Notes: generated from the letters alone by a model not told the origin. A DNA stretch of 64,000 nucleotides from an uncultured Candidatus Saccharibacteria bacterium (GCA_964565195.1 CAZMCQ010000002.1:82161-146160); one strand, 5' to 3'. Shown: positions 19,554-29,188, counted from the stretch's first letter. A program made the numbers and translations.

Positions 19554-20141
19554 ATGGAAATAAAAGACCATCCGCAAAATTATTTATTCAGACTAGATAA
19601 GGTCCTTGCGAGCATTGACCGCGCCAAGCTGGCGACGCTTATCGAAAAGATCGCGTCCTTCAGCAAGACGGACCATACGATTTTTATCGCGGGCAATGGG
19701 GGCAGCGCTGGCACGGCCTCGCACATGGCCTGCGATCTCGGCAAGACCATCCTCATTGACAGTCTCGGCGAGCGGCCCTATCGTCTCCGCGCGATTTCCC
19801 TCACTGACAATGTCCCGCTCCTTACCGCATTGTCCAATGATTATGGCAATGAGTATATTTTTTCCGAGCAGCTGAAAAGCTTTGGCCGCGAGGGCGATAT
19901 GCTCATCGTCCTGACCGGCAGCGGCAACTCGCCGAATATCATCCAGGCCGTGCTCGCCGCCAAAGCCATGGGCATCCATACCTATGGACTGCTCGGATTT
20001 GGCGGCGGAAAAATTAGGGAAATTTTGGATGATATGCTGTTAATTGATTCAGACGATTATGGACCGGTGGAAGATGCCCATATGGTTATTAATCATCTCA
20101 TCACTGATTGGTTTCGGAATCAAAACCGTGGCGCAAGTTAA
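19554..20141 (+). CDS. gmhA: Phosphoheptose isomerase (GmhA, SIS domain)
   Basis: TIFIAGNGGSAGTASHMACDL SIS motif, about 195 aa. Confidence 0.8.
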   Translation: MEIKDHPQNYLFRLDKVLASIDRAKLATLIEKIASFSKTDHTIFIAGNGGSAGTASHMACDLGKTILIDSLGERPYRLRAISLTDNVPLLTALSNDYGNEYIFSEQLKSFGREGDMLIVLTGSGNSPNIIQAVLAAKAMGIHTYGLLGFGGGKIREILDDMLLIDSDDYGPVEDAHMVINHLITDWFRNQNRGAS

Positions 20142-21444
20142 AAAAAAGTTTGGCATTCTGGGTGGGGGTATTGCGGGATTGAGTTTGGCTCATTTTTTGC
20201 AGGACACCTCGGTCGCGATTATCGAGAAGGCGGACAAAGTCGGCGGACTTTGCCGTTCGTATGAAATAAACGGCCTGGCGTATGACGTGGGGCCGCATAT
20301 TATGTTTTCTAAAAACCCGCGCGTGCTTGAGTTTATGACGACCATCACGCCGACGCATCAGCTGCAGCGTTCCAATCAGATCTTTTTAAACGGGAAATTC
20401 ATCAAATACCCGTTTGAAAACTTCCTTGCCATGCTCGCGGATCCGGAAAAGATTGAGTATTGTCTCAACACCTTTTTGCATAACCCTTACAAAGATATGC
20501 CCGCGCAGAACATGCTGGCTTTTTTTCTCAAAACTTTCGGCGAAGGCATCACCAAGCTATACCTCCAGCCCTACAACGAAAAAATCTGGAAATTTGATCC
20601 AAGCATGTTGGATACGCAGATGGTGGAACGAATCCCGAAACCGCCCGAGGCGCATATCATCGAGTCGGCCAAGGGTAAATATTCCGAAGGATACACTCAC
20701 CAGCTGAATTTTTCTTACCCCGTTAAGGGCGGCTACCAAAGCATGGTGGACGCGGTGACGGCCAAAGACAAGGCCAAGGGCGTGGAGATCAAGACAGACG
20801 AGACGATTAAGGAAATTAGTAAGCAAGGTGAAGGTTGGCGCGTCGAGACTGCGAAAAATACCTATGAGTTTGATCGGCTTTTTAACTGCATGCCCATCCA
20901 CGAGCTTCTGCCGCTTCTCAAAGGCGTGCCGGAAGAAGTAAGCGCGGCAGTCCAACAGATGTATTACAACTCGATTTACATAGTTATCGTCAATGTGAAA
21001 AAAGACACGATTGGCGAGCACTTCGCGCTGATGGTGCCGCAATCTGACGTGATTTTCCACCGCATTTCCAAGCTGGACTTCCTGGGGGATAATTATCATC
21101 TGCCTGATTCCACATCCTTTCAGATCGAGGTCACGTTCCGCGCGGGGGACAAATACGACAAACTTTCGCGAGACGAGCTTATCTCGCGCTGTATTGAGGA
21201 TTTGGTCAGGATTGGTTTTATTTCCGGGCGCGACCAGGTGAACTTTACAGACCTGCACCGCGAGCAGTATGCTTATGTAATCTATGATTTAAATCACCGC
21301 CAGCATACGGATACGGTTCTCGACTACTTCCGAGGCTTAGGCATCGAGTCGAGCGGACGCTGGGCGGAGTTTGAATATATGAACTCGGATAAGGTTATCG
21401 AGCATTCTATGAATTTAGCAGATAAAATCAATGCCGGAAATTAA
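20128..21444 (+). CDS. NAD(P)/FAD-dependent oxidoreductase (amine oxidase/protoporphyrinogen oxidase-like fold); start uncertain (GTG 20128 or upstream ATG 20044/20074)
   Basis: GILGGGIAGLSLAHFL dinucleotide-binding motif immediately after the proposed GTG start. The open frame extends to 20044, overlapping gmhA. Confidence 0.55.
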   Translation: MAQVKKKFGILGGGIAGLSLAHFLQDTSVAIIEKADKVGGLCRSYEINGLAYDVGPHIMFSKNPRVLEFMTTITPTHQLQRSNQIFLNGKFIKYPFENFLAMLADPEKIEYCLNTFLHNPYKDMPAQNMLAFFLKTFGEGITKLYLQPYNEKIWKFDPSMLDTQMVERIPKPPEAHIIESAKGKYSEGYTHQLNFSYPVKGGYQSMVDAVTAKDKAKGVEIKTDETIKEISKQGEGWRVETAKNTYEFDRLFNCMPIHELLPLLKGVPEEVSAAVQQMYYNSIYIVIVNVKKDTIGEHFALMVPQSDVIFHRISKLDFLGDNYHLPDSTSFQIEVTFRAGDKYDKLSRDELISRCIEDLVRIGFISGRDQVNFTDLHREQYAYVIYDLNHRQHTDTVLDYFRGLGIESSGRWAEFEYMNSDKVIEHSMNLADKINAGN

Positions 21445-22162
21445 ACCCATTTCCCTCATTCTGGTTGTGCATCAGGAAGCCGAAACGCTGGAACGTGTGA
21501 TCACGGATTTTTATGGAAAAGTCATCGCAAAAATTCCCGGGTCAGAGTTCATCATCTGCGAGGATGGCAGCACGGACGGGACCAAGGAAATTTTGACGCG
21601 ACTGCGAGGGCCGTATGGTTTGACGCTTGACATGCGCGAAGGCAAGCGCGGATACACGCGCGCCATGCGCGACGGTTTTGCTCTGGCTAAAAATCCGGTG
21701 ATTTTTTTCAGCGACAGCGACGGCCAGCACGACCCAAATGATTTTTGGAAAATGTACCCGCTTCTGGAAAGCGCGGATATGGTAATTGGCTGGAAAACAG
21801 ACCGTAAGGATGTCTGGTATCGCCTGCTCCTGACGCGCGTGTTCAATTTTTTAATCCGCGTGTACTTCCGCTCGCGTCTGCACGACATCAATTGCGGCTT
21901 TCGTCTCATGAAAAAAGCAGTGGTGGATTTTATTCTTCAAAAAGAGTGGCGCCTCCGGCACTGCATCAATGCGGAATTCACAGTCAAAGCCGCGGCCGCG
22001 GGATTCAAAATCACAGAAACCCCGGTCGCGCACTCGTGGCGCGCGGTCGGCGAGTCGAGGGGTCTGCCGGTCAAAAAACTGCCGCAGGCCGTCTGGCACA
22101 TTTTGCGGGAATTTCCGCGGATCAAAAGGGACGCCAAAGTTATTCGCTCGCGGTCGCTTTGA
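21431..22162 (+). CDS. GT2-family glycosyltransferase (polyprenol-phosphate glycosyltransferase-like)
   Basis: ISLILVVHQEAETLERVI..CEDGSTDGT..FFSDSDGQHD motifs of GT-A/GT2 enzymes. Confidence 0.75.
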   Translation: MPEIKPISLILVVHQEAETLERVITDFYGKVIAKIPGSEFIICEDGSTDGTKEILTRLRGPYGLTLDMREGKRGYTRAMRDGFALAKNPVIFFSDSDGQHDPNDFWKMYPLLESADMVIGWKTDRKDVWYRLLLTRVFNFLIRVYFRSRLHDINCGFRLMKKAVVDFILQKEWRLRHCINAEFTVKAAAAGFKITETPVAHSWRAVGESRGLPVKKLPQAVWHILREFPRIKRDAKVIRSRSL

Positions 22163-22559
22163 AAGAATAGCGTTTGTTGAGCGTAAATTGGACGATAACG
22201 ACAAAGATAATGGTCACGGCTTTGGCGAGAAGCGGCACAATGTGCAGCCGGTCAATCAGGAGATAAAGCAGGAGAGCGCTCAAACCCAAACCTACGAAGC
22301 CGACCGCATAGAATTTGAAGAAGCGAATCAGCAGTCGGTCGGTGATGCGGAAATTGAGAAAGGCGTTGAGTAAAAAATTATTGGTAATACCGAGCGAGAC
22401 GCTCGCGAGATTGGCAAACTGGTAGTGAACGTGCAGCCGGCTGTTTAAGATGTAAAAGGCAAGGAAATCCAGAGTGACGCCGGATGCGCCAATGGCCGAG
22501 TACCAGATAAAAAGCCGGTACTTTTCGTAAAGCCCGCGTGCCTGAGATATAATGTCCAT
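22140..22559 (-). CDS. GtrA-family membrane protein (polyisoprenyl-sugar flippase-like); longer alternative start at 22754
   Basis: Four hydrophobic helices with YSAIGASGVTLDFLAFYIL and FKFYAVGFVGL GtrA-like segments. Start at the internal Met gives 139 aa, typical GtrA size. Confidence 0.6.
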   Translation of the reverse strand: MDIISQARGLYEKYRLFIWYSAIGASGVTLDFLAFYILNSRLHVHYQFANLASVSLGITNNFLLNAFLNFRITDRLLIRFFKFYAVGFVGLGLSALLLYLLIDRLHIVPLLAKAVTIIFVVIVQFTLNKRYSFKATASE

Positions 22560-24305
22560 ATGCAAAGGATAGCACAATTTTTTAGCCGGCATTATCTGGC
22601 TGTAGTTTTGGCAATTTTGGTTGGGGTGGCAGTGGTCTTTCCGCAGATACAGTTTATTTTTCAAGCCGGTGGTCAGTATCACGGCTTCAATATTTTTGAG
22701 ACGGACGGCGAATACTATTACGACGCGCGCATCCGCGAGATTTACGACGGACACTACCTGATGTCAAACCCGCTCCTTGCCGGAAAAGACCTGCCTTTTG
22801 TCTATTCGCCGCTTCCTGAATTTGTGATGGGCATGACCGGACGCATTTTGCATCTGAATTTAATCCAGATTTTGATCCTGTTTCGTTTTCTCGCCCCGGC
22901 CGGACTTTTTCTACTCATCTATTTTTTAATACTGCGCCTGACAAACGGGAGAAAACCCGTAGCACTGCTTGCCGCGACATTCATCCTGCTTGCCTCAAAC
23001 CTGGTTTCCTATCCGGGGCAACTTTTCTCGATGCTGCGCGGCACGTTTCATGCCGAGCAGTTCACGGATTTCGCGCGGCCTGTGAATCCGCAGCTGTCGG
23101 CTTTCTTTTTCTTCGGCTTTTTATATGCCTACTGGCGACTCATAGAAACTAACCAGAAGAAATATTTTTATTGGAGTTTGATTATTTATGGCCTGTCATT
23201 TTATGTCTATCAGTACTCGTGGACATTTTTGACTGTGTTTCTGGGGTTAAATGGAGCGCTGTTCCTTTGGCAGAAGAAAAAAGCACTATTCAAAAAAACC
23301 CTGCTCGTTTTCGGCGGAGGACTCGTGCTGGCCACACCATATTTTATAAATTTTTACAGAGCAACGCAGCATTTTTCATATCAGAACCTCGTTCTTTACA
23401 ATGGTTTGTATCAAAGCCATAAGTCGGTTTTCAGTCTGATCCTGCTTGCTGCAATAATTTTACTCGTTCCGCTTTATAAACTTGCTCAAAACAAAAATCT
23501 GTTTTGGTTTTTCGCGGCCTTAGTCGCAAGCGGATGGGTCGTCATAAACCAGCAGGTCATCACCGGCCAGGCCATCCAGCTCGGCCATTACCACTGGTAT
23601 TTCAACCGCCCTGTGTTCATTCTGCTTGCGGTGATTGTATTTTTTTCCCTTTTACGGCGCGCATCAGCCAAACAATTTTATCAATATGCTGCTCTCGGCA
23701 TCGCAGCCGCAGTCGCTTTCTTTAATGTTTATCAAGTTCAGGCCACTTCCTATCGCCATCATTTTGAGACCTATCTGAAGCTTCAGGATTACTATCCGGT
23801 CATTGACTGGCTGAATAAAAACGCGACCCGCGATCAGGTCGCATACATTCCGGAATCCAGACTTAACCAATTAGTACCAATGTATACCTCGCTCAATGTT
23901 TACTATGATGTCAAAGCGCCGTTAAGCCTGCAGCAATATAAGGACTATGACCGATATAATTTGTTTTTAAAGTTGAAATTGCAAAATGTTTCTCCGAAGG
24001 ATTTACCGGCGCACCTGCGCGCAAACGAGGCCCTCCTTGCGGAAACCTATGGAATATATTTCAAATCGCGGGGGTTGAATTATCAGGATGTTCCCGAGGA
24101 ATGGCTCGTGGCCTTACAAAAAGACTATGAAGAATTTTACAAAATATCTTGGGAAGATATTCTCACCAAATATCCGCTTGGTTACATTATTTGGGATAAA
24201 ACTGATCTGGCTGATTTGCCGCTAGAAAAAATTGTTCAGGAAGCGAACTTCAAACCAGTGTACGACAGCGGAGGAGTAGTCATCTACCAAAAAACGAGCG
24301 ATTGA
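22560..24305 (+). CDS. Large polytopic membrane protein, putative glycan polymerase or GT-C-like transferase
   Basis: 581 aa with more than 10 predicted hydrophobic helices. Located in the glycan locus next to GtrA and GT2. No diagnostic motif recognised. Confidence 0.35.
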   Translation: MQRIAQFFSRHYLAVVLAILVGVAVVFPQIQFIFQAGGQYHGFNIFETDGEYYYDARIREIYDGHYLMSNPLLAGKDLPFVYSPLPEFVMGMTGRILHLNLIQILILFRFLAPAGLFLLIYFLILRLTNGRKPVALLAATFILLASNLVSYPGQLFSMLRGTFHAEQFTDFARPVNPQLSAFFFFGFLYAYWRLIETNQKKYFYWSLIIYGLSFYVYQYSWTFLTVFLGLNGALFLWQKKKALFKKTLLVFGGGLVLATPYFINFYRATQHFSYQNLVLYNGLYQSHKSVFSLILLAAIILLVPLYKLAQNKNLFWFFAALVASGWVVINQQVITGQAIQLGHYHWYFNRPVFILLAVIVFFSLLRRASAKQFYQYAALGIAAAVAFFNVYQVQATSYRHHFETYLKLQDYYPVIDWLNKNATRDQVAYIPESRLNQLVPMYTSLNVYYDVKAPLSLQQYKDYDRYNLFLKLKLQNVSPKDLPAHLRANEALLAETYGIYFKSRGLNYQDVPEEWLVALQKDYEEFYKISWEDILTKYPLGYIIWDKTDLADLPLEKIVQEANFKPVYDSGGVVIYQKTSD

Positions 24306-24321
24306 CACGCTCGTTTTTTTT
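24289..24321 (+). terminator. Rho-independent terminator (A-tract, CGAGCG stem, 7-nt loop, T8) overlapping the stop codon of the large membrane protein gene
   Basis: AAAAAACGAGCG-attgaca-CGCTCG-TTTTTTTT. The TGA stop lies in the loop. Confidence 0.7.
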
Positions 24322-24390
24322 ATGATAATCTAATTAGTTCTTTTACAAACATACATAGTTTCGAAGCTACCTATCAAAGGAGGATTGGAA

Positions 24391-25134
24391 ATGAGCATAG
24401 CGCTGCTTACGATGACATACTATGCAAACGTCGAAGAGACGCGGTTCCATCTGGCTTGCCAAATGCTGGGCAATGCCAAAGCAGTGGGGTATATGACGGC
24501 GGTGCTGGATGGATCCCCAGATGATCTGGTTAGCTTAGCATTTGAACGGATCGGCACAGTGATTTTTAAACAGACTGCTCAAGGTATGGGTCCGGCGCGG
24601 CGGGAGTTATTCTTGAAGGCATCCGCCAACAAGCCGGGCATTTTTCTCTGGAGCGAAGAGAAGCCGGACATCGTGCGGCTGATTCCTCAAATTGTGGAAC
24701 CGATCGCGCGCGGATGGGCGGACATTGTCATCCCTTTTCGCACGGATAAGAGCTGGGAAAGCTACCCGGCTTACCAGGCCGAGTCAGAGAAGGCGGCGAA
24801 TGCGGTCTATGCGGAAGTAACCGGCAGACCGTTCGATGCAATGTTTGGTCCGGTCGCATTCCGGCGCGAGATGCTCCACTATTTTTACGAGTGCAATCCG
24901 GCAGAACAATTCGGCACGCACGACACCTACATCTATCACATCGCGCCTCTCGTGGCGATGGCAGCAGGAGCGCGGGTCGTTTCGGTTCCGGTGGATTTCT
25001 ATTATCCATCTGTTCAGAAGGCCGAAGAACTGGCGGCGTTGAATGATGCTATTCGCGAGAAGCGAAAGAGGCAGTTCGAAGAGTGCACCGCGAACTACCG
25101 CGCAGCCGCGGCAGCGTTAAATCTCAAATGGTAG
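24391..25134 (+). CDS. Hypothetical protein, possibly GT-A-like nucleotide-sugar transferase fold
   Basis: Strong SD AAGGAGG 7 nt upstream of ATG 24391. VLDGSPDD resembles a DXD-containing GT-A region. No firm family assignment. Confidence 0.3.
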   Translation: MSIALLTMTYYANVEETRFHLACQMLGNAKAVGYMTAVLDGSPDDLVSLAFERIGTVIFKQTAQGMGPARRELFLKASANKPGIFLWSEEKPDIVRLIPQIVEPIARGWADIVIPFRTDKSWESYPAYQAESEKAANAVYAEVTGRPFDAMFGPVAFRREMLHYFYECNPAEQFGTHDTYIYHIAPLVAMAAGARVVSVPVDFYYPSVQKAEELAALNDAIREKRKRQFEECTANYRAAAAALNLKW

Positions 25135-25139
25135 CTGTT

Positions 25140-25190
25140 CCGGAGAGTTGCTTTGCGAAAGCAGAGCGGCTCTCCGGGATTTTTTATTTT
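25140..25190 (+). terminator. Rho-independent terminator after the hypothetical gene ending at 25134
   Basis: CCGGAGAG...CTCTCCGG stem, followed by GATTTTTTATTTTTGG. Confidence 0.6.
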
Positions 25191-25208
25191 TGGCTTAAAT
25201 AAGCTAAA

Positions 25209-25252
25209 CTCCTTTCAATCTCCCCCTTATTAAGGGGGAGAAAAAGAGGGGG
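25209..25252. repeat. GC-rich palindromic element copy 5 (intergenic)
   Basis: CTCCTTTCAATCTCCCCC-ttattaa-GGGGGAGAAAAAGAGGGGG. Confidence 0.8.
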
Positions 25253-25329
25253 TTCTGATACCCCTTGACACTTTTTGACCCCTTTTGATATGATAGTTTT
25301 AGGTTTACGTATTTTTCATTCCTTTAGCA

Positions 25330-25370
25330 CCCCCACCTAACCTCCCCCATCAAGGGGGAGGAAAGGGGAG
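25330..25370. repeat. GC-rich palindromic element copy 6 (intergenic, just upstream of the HTH gene)
   Basis: CCCCCACCTAACCTCCCCC-atcaa-GGGGGAGGAAAGGGGAG. Confidence 0.75.
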
Positions 25371-25381
25371 AAAAAAGTAAA

Positions 25382-25630
25382 ATGCCACAAGAAATCATCG
25401 AAAACGCGGTTTACACGCGCGAGGAGGCGCAGGATCTGCTCAAAATCAGCACGAGCACGATCAAGCGCCTCTTAAAGCGCGGGCTTATCCGCGCGAACAA
25501 AGTCGGCGGGCAGTACCGGATCCTGGGCAAAGAGCTGCTGCGTCTGGTTTCGCCTGGGCTCGAGTCCAAAGCCGAAAAATCCTATCTCAAGCTCAAGAAG
25601 AAAGTCGTTGAAAAAATTAATCCCTGGTAA
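25382..25630 (+). CDS. Small excisionase-family helix-turn-helix DNA-binding protein
   Basis: 82 aa. YTREEAQDLLKISTSTIKRLLKRGLIRANKVGGQYRI matches the excisionase/MerR-like HTH pattern. Stop overlaps the start of the ABC gene (TAATG). Confidence 0.6.
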   Translation: MPQEIIENAVYTREEAQDLLKISTSTIKRLLKRGLIRANKVGGQYRILGKELLRLVSPGLESKAEKSYLKLKKKVVEKINPW

Positions 25631-27411
25631 TGACGCCTGCCTTTACCAATTTTTACCGCCTGTTCCGGGCGGCTTATGGCCGTTTTCGACCGCAGCTCAT
25701 CCTGCTCGTGGTTTTGGGTTTTTTAAGCGGCCTCCTCGAAGGTCTCGGCATCAACGCGCTCATCCCGCTGTTTTCTTTTGCGCCCGGCCAAGATCAGGCA
25801 GCGACCGATTTTATCACGCGGCAGTTGACCAATCTTTTTGCCTTTTTTGATCTCCACCTCTCGCTTACGGCCTTGGCTGTGTTCGTGGCCAGCGCGTTTT
25901 TTTTGAAGGCCGTCGTGAAGGTAATTCTGGATTATCTTAAATTCCGCATCACCGCAGATTATGAGTGGGAGACGAGGCAGGGTCTGTTCGCCAAAATTCT
26001 GGCCGCCGATTTCCGCCATCTGCTCAAACAGAAACTCGGCGTGCTGGAGACGATTTTGATGATTGATGTGCCGGTCAGCAGCAGCCTCTTGAATCAGTTA
26101 AGCGGCGGGATAATGTATGTTACCGGACTCCTGGTCTATGTGTTTGTGGCTTTGAATATTTCCGCGCGGATCACGATTTACACGCTGGCGCTCGGTCTGA
26201 TCTTTTTTTTCATTTTCCAGCCGATCCTGGTCCGGATCAAAAATTATGCGCAGCAGCGGAACCGCATCAACAAAGAGATGGCGCACCATATCAGCGAGAA
26301 CATTCTCGGCATGAAACGCGTAAAAACCATGCTGGTTGAGCCGAGCGTGGAGAAAAAGGCCCGCGAATATTTCTCGGCCCTCCGGGAGTTCGCCCAGAAG
26401 GTGCCCTTTCTCAAAAGCCTTCCGGCCACGGCCCTCGAGCCGGTCGCCGTGATTTTCGTCATCGCGGTCTATCTGGTCAACTACCAGGCGCCCGGTTTCA
26501 ATCTGATCGCGCTGGGCGCGATAATTTACCTGGTTAATAAAATTCTCAACTACGTGCAGCAGTTGCAGCGCGTCGGGCAGGCCATAACCGATTTTTCCCC
26601 GCACCTGCGCAGTATTTTGGAGTTCGAGCAGGACGCGCGTCGCGAGCGGGAGATTCGGCTTGCGGGCGAGCCGTTTGCCTTTTCGGACAAGCTGGTTTTC
26701 CAAAACGTCTCTTTTGCTTACGCGCCCGGCCGCCCCGTGCTGTCCGGGTTAACTTTTGAGATCCGCAAGGGTGAAATGGTGGGCTTGGTCGGTCCGTCCG
26801 GGGTCGGCAAAACCACGCTCGTGGATCTCCTGCTGCGGCTGTTTGCGCCCGACGGAGGGGAAATCCTGCTTGATGGACGAAGCGCGCGGGAAATTGATCT
26901 TGATGATTGGCGCCGTCACATCGGCTATGTTTCCCAGGATGTTTTTTTGATGAATGACACGATTGCGAATAATATCCGGTTTTATAGTCCAGCCATCACC
27001 CAGGACGAGATTGAAAACGCCGCGCAGATGGCGAACATACATGAATTCATCGAATCCTTGCCGCAGAAATACGAAACCCTGATCGGCGAACGGGGCGTGC
27101 GGCTTTCCGGCGGGGAACGCCAGCGCGTCGTGCTGGCCAGAATTTTCGCCCGCCGGCCGGAGATTTTGATTCTCGACGAGGCGACCAGCGCGCTCGACAA
27201 CGAATCCGAGCGCGAGATTCAGGAAGTTATCCGGAAGCTCAAAGGAAGAATGACGGTGATCGCCATCGCCCACCGGCTTACAACTGTCATGGATTCGGAC
27301 AAGCTTTTTATTCTCGAAGACGGCAAGCTTGTGGAGCAGGGCGAGCCGCAGGCGCTTTTGCAGGATAAAAATTCCTACTTTTTCAGGACTCTTCACATTG
27401 CCGGAACATGA
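25630..27411 (+). CDS. ABC transporter permease/ATP-binding fusion (MsbA/PglK-like exporter, putative lipid-linked glycan flippase)
   Basis: N-terminal 6-TM domain. Walker A GPSGVGKTT, signature LSGGERQRV, Walker B ILILDEATSALD. Confidence 0.85.
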   Translation: MTPAFTNFYRLFRAAYGRFRPQLILLVVLGFLSGLLEGLGINALIPLFSFAPGQDQAATDFITRQLTNLFAFFDLHLSLTALAVFVASAFFLKAVVKVILDYLKFRITADYEWETRQGLFAKILAADFRHLLKQKLGVLETILMIDVPVSSSLLNQLSGGIMYVTGLLVYVFVALNISARITIYTLALGLIFFFIFQPILVRIKNYAQQRNRINKEMAHHISENILGMKRVKTMLVEPSVEKKAREYFSALREFAQKVPFLKSLPATALEPVAVIFVIAVYLVNYQAPGFNLIALGAIIYLVNKILNYVQQLQRVGQAITDFSPHLRSILEFEQDARREREIRLAGEPFAFSDKLVFQNVSFAYAPGRPVLSGLTFEIRKGEMVGLVGPSGVGKTTLVDLLLRLFAPDGGEILLDGRSAREIDLDDWRRHIGYVSQDVFLMNDTIANNIRFYSPAITQDEIENAAQMANIHEFIESLPQKYETLIGERGVRLSGGERQRVVLARIFARRPEILILDEATSALDNESEREIQEVIRKLKGRMTVIAIAHRLTTVMDSDKLFILEDGKLVEQGEPQALLQDKNSYFFRTLHIAGT

Positions 27412-28364
27412 AACTTTTCAATGAGCGCAAGAAAATATTGATTACCGGCGGGGCTGGCTACATCGGTGGGTATTTAACCGACCTTTTGCTGAACAAGGGC
27501 TATGACGTTACGGTCTATGACAATCTGCTCTACGAATCGTCCTATCGCAAAAATGTGTCGTTTATCTATGGCGATGTGCGCGATCAGGAGAAGCTTGGCA
27601 GGATCATCAATGATTTTGACATTGTGATCTGGCTGGCGGCCATCGTCGGGGACCGCGCCTGCTCGTTCAATCCCGATCTCACCCGCGCGGTGAACGTTGA
27701 TTCCGTAGCGTGGCTTGTCAAAAATTTTCGAGGCAAGATCGTTTTTATGTCCACCTGTTCGGTCTACGGCGTTAACGAAAATCTGCTGGACGAAAATTCG
27801 CCGGTTAACCCGCTATCGCACTACGCTTCGTCAAAACTGGTCGCCGAGCAAATCCTGCTTGCGCAGGCGGACCAGCCGCTCGTCTTCCGCCTCGGCACGC
27901 TGTTCGGCCTTTCTGATTTTTATTCCCGGATCCGGCTCGATCTCGTGGCCAATATTTTGACCAAGCAGGCGGCCTTTGGCGAAACGCTTATCGCCTTTGG
28001 CGGCGGGCAGTGGCGGCCGCTTTTGCATGTGCGCGACGTGGCGCACGCGATTTTGTACGGCATCGAGCGCAAGATCGTGGGGCTTTATAACTTGAGCTAC
28101 AAAAATTACCAGATCCGCGAGATCGCCGAGGCGATCGTGAAACATATTCCGACCGTGCGCGTGAGCTATCATAATATTAAATTTGAGGACCTTCGGAATT
28201 ACAAAGTTAGCGCGGATAAATATCGCGCGCTTGGCTGGCAGCCACGCTTCACGCTTACGGACGGCATTACCGAGATCGCCGAGCTGTTCGGCAGCGGGCG
28301 CATCAAAAATCCTGATGATCCAGTTTATTCCAACGAGAAATTTATCAAGAATCGCATTATTTAA
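27408..28364 (+). CDS. NAD-dependent epimerase/dehydratase (nucleotide-sugar 4,6-dehydratase/epimerase-like)
   Basis: ILITGGAGYIGGYL Rossmann motif and YASSKLVAE YxxxK motif. Confidence 0.7.
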   Translation: MKLFNERKKILITGGAGYIGGYLTDLLLNKGYDVTVYDNLLYESSYRKNVSFIYGDVRDQEKLGRIINDFDIVIWLAAIVGDRACSFNPDLTRAVNVDSVAWLVKNFRGKIVFMSTCSVYGVNENLLDENSPVNPLSHYASSKLVAEQILLAQADQPLVFRLGTLFGLSDFYSRIRLDLVANILTKQAAFGETLIAFGGGQWRPLLHVRDVAHAILYGIERKIVGLYNLSYKNYQIREIAEAIVKHIPTVRVSYHNIKFEDLRNYKVSADKYRALGWQPRFTLTDGITEIAELFGSGRIKNPDDPVYSNEKFIKNRII

Positions 28365-28390
28365 TACCCCACAGGGGTGAAAGGAGAAAC

Positions 28391-28798
28391 ATGGCCAACA
28401 TTTTGACCGGAGACAGCATAGTTGACGAGTACGGAGCGATCCGCTTCGTCAATGATTTTGATTTCAAAAACGTCAAGCGGTTTTACCAGATGCAGACGAA
28501 CCGCGTCGGCGGAGTCCGCGCCTGGATGGGCAGTAAGACCGCAGATACTTATATCTACGTGCCGAGCGGCAGCGCCGAAATCGCGGTCGTAAATCTCGGT
28601 ACCGACGAGACCCAGAAAATCGTCCTATCCGATGTCAAACCACGCGTGATGTGGGTCGCGCCGAGCAATGCTTTCGGTTTCCGGTCCCTCGAGGAGAAGA
28701 CGATCCTGATCTTTTTCTCATCTGAAACCGAAAGCCAGAGCAAATTAAGCGAGCTCAAATTTCCGAAAGAGCAATGGGGAGTCTTCAAAAATGAGTGA
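28391..28798 (+). CDS. Cupin-fold sugar isomerase/epimerase (WxcM/FdtA-like, putative dTDP-4-keto-6-deoxyhexose 3,4-isomerase)
   Basis: 135 aa, SD AAAGGAG before the ATG. Small size and position directly upstream of an LbH acetyltransferase and a DegT aminotransferase (FdtA-FdtC-FdtB arrangement). Confidence 0.45.
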   Translation: MANILTGDSIVDEYGAIRFVNDFDFKNVKRFYQMQTNRVGGVRAWMGSKTADTYIYVPSGSAEIAVVNLGTDETQKIVLSDVKPRVMWVAPSNAFGFRSLEEKTILIFFSSETESQSKLSELKFPKEQWGVFKNE

Positions 28799-29186
28799 GC
28801 GCTTTAGAGCATGGGAGGCGCCAAAGATCGAGAGTGGCCGGCTCACCCGCTGGAACTGGCTCGTGCAGGATGCGGACAATTTGGAGCTGGGCACGCGCAC
28901 GGATATTGGGGCTTTTACGTATATCAATGCCAAATACGGAGTGGTGATCGAGGATGATGTGCAGATCGGCTCGCACTGCTCGATCTACAGCGCCTCCACG
29001 ATCGACAACAAGCAGGGCCGGGTGGTATTGAAAAAGAACTGCAAAATCGGCACGCACAGCGTGGTAATGCCGGGCGTTATAGTCGGCGAGAATTCGATCA
29101 TTGGCGCATTTTCATTCGTCAACCGCGATGTGCCGCCAAATTCTGTTGCCTATGGCATTCCGGCAAAGGTCAGGAGAAATCTATAA
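28791..29186 (+). CDS. Left-handed beta-helix (hexapeptide repeat) acetyltransferase, FdtC/WxcM-like sugar N-acetyltransferase
   Basis: Hexapeptide repeats IGAFTYINAKYGVVIEDDVQIGSHCSIYS..IGTHSVVMPGVIVGENSIIGAFSFV. Confidence 0.75.
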   Translation: MSERFRAWEAPKIESGRLTRWNWLVQDADNLELGTRTDIGAFTYINAKYGVVIEDDVQIGSHCSIYSASTIDNKQGRVVLKKNCKIGTHSVVMPGVIVGENSIIGAFSFVNRDVPPNSVAYGIPAKVRRNL

Positions 29187-29188
29187 CA

